From Kiritimatiella glycovorans (GTDB lineage: Bacteria > Verrucomicrobiota > Kiritimatiellia > Kiritimatiellales > Kiritimatiellaceae): a DNA stretch of 32,000 nt. The translations under genes and the position numbers were made by a program. The stretch is taken from the NCBI RefSeq assembly GCF_001017655.1, contig NZ_CP010904.1, positions 2,070,001-2,102,000 on the forward strand, written 5' to 3'. Below the pieces are notes generated by a model, which ran no database searches, was not told the origin of the DNA, and saw only the letters and a list, made by a program, of their open reading frames with translations. The number at the start of each line of letters is the position of its first letter. Position 1 is the first letter of the stretch. Below, piece after piece: positions 25,013 through 32,000 of this stretch.

Positions 25013-25786
25013 TCATTTCTTCAGGGGCGGGAGGCGGTAGATCTGGACATCGTTGAGGCGCGCGTGCATCCCCCCGAAATGGATGCCGAACCAGCCCCGG
25101 CTCAGCGCCTCGGGATCGACATCCTCGAACAGGAGCGTGCGATTCCGGTACACCGCGACGCGCGGCGGATGGATCACGAGGGCGAAGCGGTAGCGCGGGC
25201 CGGGCTCGAGCAGGTACAGCTCGTGTCTCTTTTGCCCCAGCACATCGGCGGTGCGATCTCCTCCCGCCAGCCGGGCGAAACGGGTCACCTTGTTGTCCGC
25301 CATGCCGTATCCCAGAAAGTAGGAGCGCAGATCACCGAAGTGCTCCAGTGCGCGGGGATCGCGCGGCGCGAAGGGGGGATCGTTCGGCGACGCCGGATCC
25401 CGGGCCGGCGCAAAGAACGAGAGATCGGTGCGGCCCTCCCCTTCGAGGTCAAGCACCTCCACCTCGAACTCGATTCGAAGCGGCGCGACCAGTTCCGTTT
25501 CGAACCAGACCGTCGCCCCTTCCGGAGCAAGGACATCCAGGCAGCCCGCCTCCCGGTCGTATCCGACCTCGCCCCCCGGCCCCACCGTCCAGCGCCAGCG
25601 GGCCCGCGCCCGTTCGAAGGACTCACGGTAGAGCAGGCGTGCCCCGTCGATGCGCTGCGGGGATCGGTCCAGCATCGCACACCCCGACAGGAAGAACGGC
25701 GACACGAGAAGCATCAGGACCGCCGCCCCGGTTCTCAGCGCACGTCGGCCCCCGGGCCCAGATCCGATTCGGGCGAGAGCAGGCAT
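25013..25786 (-). CDS. Lipoprotein of unknown function, possibly a concanavalin/LamG-like beta-sandwich (DUF1961-like)
   Basis: 257 aa. ATG 25786 is preceded by AAGGGAGA. Signal peptide with lipobox (AAVLMLLVSPFFLSGC). The mature part is beta-rich (WFETELVAPLRIEFEVEV...YFLGYG...RFALVIHPPRVAVYRN...WFGIHFGGMHARLNDVQIY). The 5' end overlaps the metG 3' end by 52 nt. Confidence 0.6.
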   Translation of the reverse strand: MPALARIGSGPGGRRALRTGAAVLMLLVSPFFLSGCAMLDRSPQRIDGARLLYRESFERARARWRWTVGPGGEVGYDREAGCLDVLAPEGATVWFETELVAPLRIEFEVEVLDLEGEGRTDLSFFAPARDPASPNDPPFAPRDPRALEHFGDLRSYFLGYGMADNKVTRFARLAGGDRTADVLGQKRHELYLLEPGPRYRFALVIHPPRVAVYRNRTLLFEDVDPEALSRGWFGIHFGGMHARLNDVQIYRLPPLKK

Positions 25787-27669
25787 AATCGGTCTCCCTT
25801 GCTGGCGGCCAGGACCATCCCCTGAGATTCCACCCCGCGCAGCCTGGCCGGCTTCAGATTGGCGACCACCACCACGGTTTTCCCCGGCAGATCCTCGGGA
25901 GCATACTGCGCTGCAATCCCCGCCACCAGCTGGCGCGGTTCATCGCCGAGGTCGACCTGCAGCTTCATCAGCTTGTCCGTGCCTTCGATCCGCTCGGCGG
26001 ATTCAATCCGCGCGGTCTTGAGCTGCACCTTCGCGAAATCGTCGATCGTAATCGTCTCCATGGATATCCCTTCCTTCTTCTCCGGCGGCGCGGCCGGTTT
26101 CCCGGCAGCGGCCCCGGTCTCTTCCGCCATTTCGGCGCGCGGAAAGAGTACGGCCCTGCGTTCCACGGCGCTGCCCGGCTCGAGTTCGCGGCGGTTGCGC
26201 AGGTGTCTGACCTCCGGCGCGCGGCGCTCCATCCCCAGCGCGGCGCGCAGATCGAGCATTTTCGCGGGCATTACGGGGTACAGCAGCGCCGCGGCCACGC
26301 GCAGCGACTCGGCCGCCGCGTACAGCGTCAGGGCCACGTCCTCCTGCGCGCCCTCCTTCCAGCGCGTCCAGGGCGACTTGCGTTCGAGATAGCGGTTCAC
26401 TCCCCGCACCGCCTCCATGACGGAGGCGAGTCCCGAATCGAGTTCCATCGCCGGGACGGCGGCTTCCATGGCGTCCACCGCCTTCTGCGTCAAGGCCCAC
26501 ACCTCCTGCTCCTCATCTCCCTCCAGCGCCTCCGCGTCGACCGCGGGGATCGTCCCTCCGCAGTAACGGTGGAGCATATTCAGCACCCGGCTGAGCAGGT
26601 TGCCGAGGTCGTTGGCGAGATCGCTGTTGTAGCGCGTGATAAAGGCCTCCTCCGTGAACGAGGCGTCCTGACCGAGTTTCATTTCGGCGATCAGAAAATA
26701 GCGGAACGGGTCGACGCCGTAGCGTTCGATCATCTCCATCGGGTTGACGACATTCCCCAGCGACTTGCTCATCTTCGTCCGGCCCGTGAGCCACCATCCG
26801 TGGGCGAAGATGCTCTCCGGCATCGGCAGCCCCATCGCCTTGAGCATGGTAGGCCAGTACACGGTGTGCGTGGTGAGGATGTCCTTGCCGATCAGGTGGC
26901 AGGAGGCCGGCCACCAGCGGCGGAACCGTTCGTCGTCGCTCCCGTACCCGACGGCGGTGACGTAATTGAGCAGGGCGTCAAACCACACATACGTGACGAA
27001 ATCGCGGTCGAACGGAAGCTCGATGCCCCAGGTGAGCCGGGTCTTCGGCCGCGAGATACACAGATCCTGCAGCGGCTGTTTGAGGAACCCGAGCGTCTCG
27101 TTGGCGCGGAAGTCGGGGCGGATGAAGCCGGGGTGGCTTTGGATGTATTCGATCAGCCAGTCCCGGTAGCGGCTCATCCGGAAGAAGTAGTTCGACTCGC
27201 GAATCGGGTCGACCGCACGGTCGCATTCCGGGCAGCGTCCTTCGACGAGGTCCTTTTCGGTGTAGAACCGCTCGCAGCCGACGCAATACCAGCCCTCGTA
27301 CTCCGCGCGGTAGATCTCGCCGCGGTCGTAGAGATCCTGCAGCACGGCCTGCACGATCGTCGTATGGCGCTCCTCCGTGGTGCGGATGAAGTCATCGTGC
27401 GTGATCTCCAGCCGCTCCCACAGTTCCCTGAAGCGGACGACCGTATCGTCGCACTGCTGCTGCGGCGTAATGCCCTTTTTCTCCGCCGCCTGCTGCACCT
27501 TCTGCCCGTGCTCGTCCGTGCCCGTCAGGAACCAGGTCGGGACCCCGAGCAGGCGGTGATAGTTCGCCAGCACGTCGGCGAGGATCGTCGTATACGCATG
27601 GCCGATGTGCGGCCGGTCGTTGACGTAATAAATCGGCGTCGTGACGTAATAATGTAAGGGCTCGGTCAT
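25735..27669 (-). CDS. metG: Methionine--tRNA ligase with C-terminal tRNA-binding (EMAP/Trbp111-like) domain
   Basis: 644 aa. HIGH motif (PHIGHAYT), KMSKS motif (KMSKSLGN), a Cys knuckle (CVGCERF...CPECD), and a C-terminal FAKVQLKTARIESAERIEGTDKLMKLQVDLG OB-fold domain. Confidence 0.95.
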   Translation of the reverse strand: MTEPLHYYVTTPIYYVNDRPHIGHAYTTILADVLANYHRLLGVPTWFLTGTDEHGQKVQQAAEKKGITPQQQCDDTVVRFRELWERLEITHDDFIRTTEERHTTIVQAVLQDLYDRGEIYRAEYEGWYCVGCERFYTEKDLVEGRCPECDRAVDPIRESNYFFRMSRYRDWLIEYIQSHPGFIRPDFRANETLGFLKQPLQDLCISRPKTRLTWGIELPFDRDFVTYVWFDALLNYVTAVGYGSDDERFRRWWPASCHLIGKDILTTHTVYWPTMLKAMGLPMPESIFAHGWWLTGRTKMSKSLGNVVNPMEMIERYGVDPFRYFLIAEMKLGQDASFTEEAFITRYNSDLANDLGNLLSRVLNMLHRYCGGTIPAVDAEALEGDEEQEVWALTQKAVDAMEAAVPAMELDSGLASVMEAVRGVNRYLERKSPWTRWKEGAQEDVALTLYAAAESLRVAAALLYPVMPAKMLDLRAALGMERRAPEVRHLRNRRELEPGSAVERRAVLFPRAEMAEETGAAAGKPAAPPEKKEGISMETITIDDFAKVQLKTARIESAERIEGTDKLMKLQVDLGDEPRQLVAGIAAQYAPEDLPGKTVVVVANLKPARLRGVESQGMVLAASKGDRLCLLSPESDLGPGADVR

Positions 27670-27764
27670 CCATTCGTCCTTTTTCTGTGCTCCGCTCCCG
27701 AGCGGGCAGATGTACTAATTATCGGGGGACAATTAAATCAAAATCCTTTACGGTGAGCCCCCGT

Positions 27765-29468
27765 ATGAACTGGACCATCATCGACGGCATCGGGCCCTTT
27801 TTCACCTGCGACCGGCGGAAACGCATCAACTGGTCGAAGGCGCCCTTCGAAATCCTCGAACACAGCGGGCTGCCCGATCCCCGCCGGCTGGCCGCGGTCG
27901 AGGCCGCCTTCCGCACCTTTGCGCGCCGCGTGGCGGAGGAGGGATTCAATACCGTCACGCTCGACGACCTCGCGCACCTGGCCGACCTCCCCGGCTACCC
28001 GCCCGCGCTGCGACGCAGGCTCGCGGGCTGGCGTGCGTTTTACCGCCGCCTGTTCCGGATCGCCGCGTCCCACGAACTGCGCGTGCTGATTACGACCGAC
28101 GTGGTCTTCGAGCCGCCCGGGTACAAACCCCGGCCCGGACGCGGTCCGCGTCGCGCCGCGGCGTTTCTCGGCCGGGCCTGCGACGCGGTCCTGCGCGAGT
28201 TTCCCGAAGTCGCCGGCATGATCTTCCGGCTCGGCGAGGCGGACGCGGACGAGGTCCGGCACGAGTTCCGCAGTCGGCTCGCCCTGCGCACTCCCGGTCA
28301 GGCGCGGCGATTCCTGAAGCGCATGCTGCCGGTATTCGAGCGCAACGAGCGCTGGATGATCGTCCGGACGTGGACCGTCGGCGCGCACTTCATCGGCGAC
28401 CTGATCTGGAACCCCGACACTTTCGATCGCGTCTTCGCCGGCCTGGACAGCGGGAGACTGATCATCTCGATGAAGTATGGAGAGTCCGATTTCTTCCGCT
28501 TCCTTCCTTTGAACCCGCTCTTCTTCCACAGCAACCACCGCAAAATCGTCGAGCTGCAGGCGCGGCGGGAATACGAGGGATTCGGCGAATACCCCTCCTT
28601 TACCGGCTGGGACTACGAGCGCTACGCCTCGGAACTGGTCGGCGCCGTGAACGTGGAAGGCCTCTCCGTCTGGTGCCAGACGGGAGGGTGGAGCGGCTTC
28701 AGGCGGCTGACCTACCTGGACGACTCGGCGCTCTGGGCGGAGGTCAATGCGAACACGGCGCTGCGCATCTTCCGCGACAACATCTCCGCCGACCGCGCCG
28801 TCCAGCTCTTCTACAAGCAGCGGTTCGGCGACGTGCACTGGGGACCGTTCCGCGAGCTGCTTCAGCTCTCCGACGAAGTCATCCGCGATCTGCTCTACAT
28901 CGACGACTTCGCGACGCGGAATATCTTCTTCCGCCGGCTGCGCGTGCCGCCGCTGTTCGCCGTATACTGGGACCGCATCCTGATCAACCACCCGGTGCGC
29001 AAGCTGATGCGATGCTTCGTCCGGCGCGGGGAGGAAAAAGTGCGCCAGGGCTATATCGCGCTGGAAAAAATCGAGAGAATGATCGAACTCGCGGAACAGC
29101 TCGGGCTTCCGTCCGACGACCTCCGCTTCCAGTACGATACGTTCCGGATCATCGCCGCCGCCCGCGAGTACTACTTCCGCCCGTTCACCGCGGAAATCCG
29201 GGACCGCATCGAGCAGCTCAAGAAGGACTACAAACGACGCTGGCCGAAACCGCGGTACAAGGTGCACACCGACTTCTCACGGTTCGCGCTCAAACGGTCG
29301 CGAATGAAGGCGATCCTGAAAATCATGCTGCGCCGCCGCAGCGGGTACCGCCGCCTCGACCGCTTGTTCACCCTGCGCGTGCTGCTCCTGCTCTACCCGC
29401 TCGTCGCGCGGCTCGTCCCGAAATTCATGCGACGCGAAGCGATGGGGCTGTACTCGGTGTTTCGGTAA
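27765..29468 (+). CDS. Uncharacterised 567-aa protein; possible TIM-barrel glycan-active enzyme with a strongly basic C-terminal tail
   Basis: ATG 27765 (MNWTIIDGIGPFF...) lies in frame within track ORF 27687..29468. Coding-like composition throughout. Segments such as EEGFNTVTLDDLAHL, RVLITTDVVF, MIFRLGEAD and IISMKYGESDFF alternate like a beta/alpha barrel. The C-terminus is KKDYKRRWPKPRYK...LRRRSGYRRLDRLFTLRVLLLLYPLVARLV. No family could be assigned from memory. Confidence 0.6.
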   Translation: MNWTIIDGIGPFFTCDRRKRINWSKAPFEILEHSGLPDPRRLAAVEAAFRTFARRVAEEGFNTVTLDDLAHLADLPGYPPALRRRLAGWRAFYRRLFRIAASHELRVLITTDVVFEPPGYKPRPGRGPRRAAAFLGRACDAVLREFPEVAGMIFRLGEADADEVRHEFRSRLALRTPGQARRFLKRMLPVFERNERWMIVRTWTVGAHFIGDLIWNPDTFDRVFAGLDSGRLIISMKYGESDFFRFLPLNPLFFHSNHRKIVELQARREYEGFGEYPSFTGWDYERYASELVGAVNVEGLSVWCQTGGWSGFRRLTYLDDSALWAEVNANTALRIFRDNISADRAVQLFYKQRFGDVHWGPFRELLQLSDEVIRDLLYIDDFATRNIFFRRLRVPPLFAVYWDRILINHPVRKLMRCFVRRGEEKVRQGYIALEKIERMIELAEQLGLPSDDLRFQYDTFRIIAAAREYYFRPFTAEIRDRIEQLKKDYKRRWPKPRYKVHTDFSRFALKRSRMKAILKIMLRRRSGYRRLDRLFTLRVLLLLYPLVARLVPKFMRREAMGLYSVFR

Positions 29469-29689
29469 CGGGTTCGGACGATGCGGGAAGGCGGGGAGTC
29501 CTCACCGCGGAGACGTCCTGCCGCGCGACAGGGCAGCAGGACTCGTCGAAATCGTGACACGAGACCCGCGGCGCCGTTGACCCGTATTCAGCGTCCCGCG
29601 TAATCCCCGTGTTTCCGGCACAGGTCGATGAACGTTTCTACGCGTTCCGGGGCGACGTCGTTCCGGATGATGTGGGCCGGGGAGATCCT

Positions 29690-29910
29690 ATAGCCGCCGC
29701 CGGGGCGAGAAGATCGAGTTCTCCCCGGCGAAAGCGCTGCGCTAGAACGAGCGCAGCGCAGTCGAACGGGTCAACAGCCATCTGCACGAGAAACACGGAG
29801 GGCGGCACGTTCGAGTGCGCGGCCCCGGTCAAGGTGGCGGCCCACCTGGCCTTCGGCCTGCTCGTCATCGCCGCCGAGCAGAGGTTCAGAATGCTCGGGA
29901 AGCTCCTTCG
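29690..29910 (+). pseudogene. C-terminal relic of an IS4/IS5-superfamily DDE transposase (in-frame stop and frameshift)
   Basis: The frame starting at 29746 reads NERSAVERVNSHLHEKHGGRHVRVRG, immediately after a TAG at 29743-29745. After a +1 frame shift it continues VKVAAHLAFGLLVIAAEQRFRML. The Y/N-x-RS-x-VER-x-NS-x-L...VRG...KV..H pattern is the conserved C-terminal block of these transposases. No N-terminal DDE region is present upstream. Confidence 0.55.
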
Positions 29911-30040
29911 CGTGCTGCAGGGCATCGAAAAGCCCGGTCGCGAAAGCCGGGATAGACGGAGTGCGCTCGAAAAAAGCCCTGTTCGGCCCCTCACACTTCC
30001 GAACGCACCGAAATGTGCGCGGGCGCGCCATGTTCACTTA

Positions 30041-30089
30041 CAAAACCCCTCGTGGCGACCGCCGCAGGCGGGCGACGCGAGGGGTTTTG
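30041..30089. terminator. Strong hairpin with flanking T/A runs (bidirectional intrinsic-terminator-like)
   Basis: CAAAACCCCTCG (30041-30052) pairs with CGAGGGGTTTTG (30078-30089), a perfect 12-bp stem. An inner CCGCC-GCA-GGCGG hairpin lies in the loop. The GC-rich core CCCCTCG/CGAGGGG is followed by TTTT on either strand. Confidence 0.45.
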
Positions 30090-30114
30090 CAAGAGCCTCT
30101 TCTCTGTGAACCCC

Positions 30115-30146
30115 GATTTCGACTTCGATTCGGATTTCGAGATTTC
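30115..30146. repeat. Imperfect hexamer array (GAYTTC-like)
   Basis: gatttc gacttc gattcg gatttc gagatttc, preceded by ccccgatt, which also occurs at 24601-24608 next to the other hexamer array. Confidence 0.7.
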
Positions 30147-30330
30147 ATCCGTGTCATCGGTAATCCGTGGTCGAAAACACAAGCAAGGTCTCTCGCAAAG
30201 GCGCCGGGACCGCAAAGATGAATGAAAAGAGCACAGGCAAAGAGATCGTACGCGCTCTCTTACGTTCGCAGCAGACCCGCAGGTCCGCGCAGCGGGAAAA
30301 GTTTGTAGTAGGTCCGCAGGCCTGCGAAGC

Positions 30331-30373
30331 AGGGCCAGGGCCGTTATCTTCACGCGCCCTGGCCCTTCGGGCC
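30331..30373. other. Perfect 11-bp stem hairpin followed by a second small hairpin, in non-coding DNA
   Basis: AGGGCCAGGGC (30331-30341) pairs with GCCCTGGCCCT (30356-30366) around a 14-nt loop. GGCCC-TTC-GGGCC follows at 30361-30373. The palindrome GCAGGCCTGC lies at 30316-30325. Confidence 0.6.
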
Positions 30374-30406
30374 TTACGGCGCTACTACGAACTCTTCCTC
30401 ACGCTC

Positions 30407-30451
30407 CTTCATGCTCTTCATGCCCTTCATGGTGAATCCCATTCTCTCCCC
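30407..30451 (+). repeat. CTTCATG-triplet element, copy B (plus orientation)
   Basis: cttcatgctcttcatgcccttcatggtgaatcccattctctcccc. It is the inverted partner of copy A (24467-24513). It ends 136 nt upstream of, and is co-oriented with, the comM start at 30588. Confidence 0.8.
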
Positions 30452-30587
30452 GCGACAGCGATATTCACGCAGCCACTCCCCCCGATCTGTGGGCGTTTGC
30501 GCGAACACGAGGTCTATTAACGACACTCTAACTTGCGGGACGCACGCGGGGGACGTATGGTTCGCGAACCTTTCCCATTCCTCTCTC

Positions 30588-32000
30588 ATGCTCGCCAACC
30601 TTCATTCCGGCACCCTGTATGGCGTCGACGCGGTCCCCGTCGAGATCGAGGTCAACACCGCTTACGGCGAAGAGGTCAGAGTCGTCATCGTGGGGCTCCC
30701 CGACACCGCGGTGCGGGAGAGCACGGACCGCGTCTGGTCCGCGCTGATCGAGTCGGGATTCATGCCGCACCGCGGCAGGACGATCATCAATCTGGCCCCG
30801 GCGGACATGAAAAAGGAGGGTCCGGCTTTCGATCTTCCGATCGCGCTCGGCGTGCTCGCGGCCAAGGGCGATCTCGCCGCCGGCCGGCTGGACACCCTGT
30901 GCATTGCGGGCGAACTGGCCCTGAGCGGAGAGGTGCGCGCGATACGCGGCGCTCTTCCGCTGGCGCTGGGCGCGCGGGAGCGGGGGCATCGCGCGCTGCT
31001 CCTGCCCGCCGACAACGCCGATGAAGCGGCGGTCGTGGAGGATCTCGAGGTCTATCCCGTACGGACGCTGCGCGAGGCCGCGGATTTCATCGACGGCCGG
31101 ATCGCGATTGAGCGGCGGCGGGTGCCGGAACGCGCGTTTGAAGAGGGCACGGCCTACGACGAGGATCTCGGCGAGGTGCGCGGGCAGGAATCGGCGCGGC
31201 GGGCGGTCGAGGTGGCCGTGGCGGGCGGACACAATCTGCTGGTAATCGGGCCGCCGGGCACCGGCAAGACGATGCTTGCGAGGCGCATCCCCTCGATTCT
31301 GCCGGAGATGACCCTGGACGAGGCGCTCGAAGCGACCAAGATCCACAGCATCGCCGGCACACTCCCCCGTTCGAGTCCGCTGCTGAGGCGGCGTCCCTTC
31401 CGCTCGCCGCACCACACCATCTCCGACGCGGGTCTGCTCGGCGGCGGCACGCATCCCGCGCCGGGCGAGGTCAGCCTGGCGCATCACGGCGTGCTCTTCC
31501 TCGACGAGCTGCCCGAGTTCCAGCGCGCCGTGCTCGAGGTGCTGCGTCAGCCGCTCGAAGACGGCGAAGTCACCATCGCACGCGCCGCGGCGACCGTGAC
31601 GTTTCCCAGCCGGTTTATCCTGGTCGCCTCGATGAACCCCTGTCCCTGCGGGTACTACGGCGACCCGCGCCGCGCGTGCCGCTGCACGCCGCGCCAGATC
31701 CGGCGCTACCGCGACCGCCTCTCGGGACCGCTTCTCGACCGCATCGATCTGCACGTCGAAGTCCCCGCCGTCTCCGCGCGCGAATTGCAGTCGTCACAGA
31801 ACGGCGAATCTTCCTCCGCCGTACGCCGGCGCGTTGTGGCGGCGCGGCAGCGGCAGCAGCGCCGCTTCGCGGCGTCGCCCCCCGTACGCTGCAATGCCGC
31901 CATGCCCGCCCGGCTGGTGCGCCGGAGCTGCCGGCCCGACGACGGCGCCGCGGCGCTGCTGCGGATGGCGATGGACGAGCAGCACCTGAGCGCGCGGGCG
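30588..32000 (+). CDS. comM: Mg-chelatase-like AAA+ protein ComM/YifB; partial, 3' end runs off the window
   Basis: Manual translation from ATG 30588: MLANLHSGTLYGVDAVPVEIEV...VGLPDTAVRESTDRV...INLAPADMKKEGPAFDLPIALGVLAA (Lon-protease-like N-domain), GQESARRAVEVAVAGGHNLLVIGPPGTGKTMLARR (Walker A), GVLFLDELPEF (Walker B), MNPCPCGYYGDPRRACRC (zinc ribbon), LSGPLLDRIDLHVEV. Open to the window end (471 codons). Not in the ORF track because no stop is present. Track ORF 30528..31754(-) is its antisense shadow. Confidence 0.9.
   Translation, partial: MLANLHSGTLYGVDAVPVEIEVNTAYGEEVRVVIVGLPDTAVRESTDRVWSALIESGFMPHRGRTIINLAPADMKKEGPAFDLPIALGVLAAKGDLAAGRLDTLCIAGELALSGEVRAIRGALPLALGARERGHRALLLPADNADEAAVVEDLEVYPVRTLREAADFIDGRIAIERRRVPERAFEEGTAYDEDLGEVRGQESARRAVEVAVAGGHNLLVIGPPGTGKTMLARRIPSILPEMTLDEALEATKIHSIAGTLPRSSPLLRRRPFRSPHHTISDAGLLGGGTHPAPGEVSLAHHGVLFLDELPEFQRAVLEVLRQPLEDGEVTIARAAATVTFPSRFILVASMNPCPCGYYGDPRRACRCTPRQIRRYRDRLSGPLLDRIDLHVEVPAVSARELQSSQNGESSSAVRRRVVAARQRQQRRFAASPPVRCNAAMPARLVRRSCRPDDGAAALLRMAMDEQHLSARA

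Noticed and set aside
26203-27657. 484-aa ORF on the plus strand
   Set aside because: Antisense to metG, which is unambiguous (HIGH and KMSKS motifs).
27738-29267. 509-aa ORF on the minus strand (also 28370..29557 on the plus strand)
   Set aside because: Antisense or off-frame to the 27765..29468 ORF. Their translations are Arg/Pro/Gly/Ala-dominated, whereas the chosen frame has balanced, protein-like composition.
29515-29542. Hairpin GTCCTGC...GCAGGAC downstream of the 27765..29468 gene, as a possible intrinsic terminator
   Set aside because: The 7-bp stem has a 14-nt loop and no following T-run, so support for a terminator call is insufficient.
30411-30587. In-frame, stop-free 59-codon extension linking the repeat's ATGs (30411, 30420, 30429) to comM
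   Set aside because: ComM/YifB proteins begin essentially at the MLANLHSGTLYGVDA... segment (compare E. coli YifB, which starts just before its equivalent strand). The extension is low-complexity and consists partly of the dispersed repeat. An open frame of this length is unremarkable at this GC content. It is kept only as a note under the repeat finding.
30528-31754. 408-aa ORF on the minus strand
   Set aside because: Antisense to comM/yifB, whose Walker A/B, zinc-ribbon and Lon-like N-domain motifs all read cleanly on the plus strand.

Overview
High-GC (about 65% by eye) bacterial chromosomal window. The gene content and repeat style suggest a PVC-type organism (Verrucomicrobiota, Kiritimatiellota or Lentisphaerota), but that is a low-confidence inference. 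All family calls come from motif recognition in the translations; no database search was run.

Layout:
(1) 1-4.2 kb, housekeeping block: an edge-truncated WecG/GT26 glycosyltransferase with a STAS-like tail, a DUF502 protein, mgtE and recO.
(2) 4.3-24.4 kb, a dense glycan assembly and decoration region. It holds two unrelated PAPS-type sulfotransferases, three GT2, two GT4, three GT-C membrane transferases (one YfhO-like), two PST/MOP flippases, a SAM methyltransferase and a DUF2961/GH172 lipoprotein. A COG1373 AAA+/PD-(D/E)xK protein with atypical codon usage sits inside a ~12.8 kb, 10-gene minus-strand operon in which several adjacent genes have overlapping stop and start codons.
(3) 24.4-30.6 kb, a scarred region. 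Two structured non-coding stretches carry an inverted pair of a ~45-nt (CTTCATGNN)x3 element, hexamer arrays and palindromes. A zeta-toxin-like gene relic and an IS4/IS5-type transposase relic lie at its two edges. Together they bracket a lipoprotein gene, metG and a 567-aa uncharacterised protein.
(4) 30.6-32.0 kb, edge-truncated comM/yifB.

The supplied ORF track omits both edge-truncated genes because neither has a stop codon in the window. It also contains many long antisense or off-frame ORFs that are high-GC artefacts.

The most interesting candidate system is the sulfotransferase / polyprenyl-phosphate GT2 / GT-C / flippase machinery, which implies a sulfated, methylated, extracytoplasmically decorated glycoconjugate. 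It shows no Wzy/Wzz/Wza, ABC-transporter or synthase signature. The second candidate is the repeated CTTCATG element.
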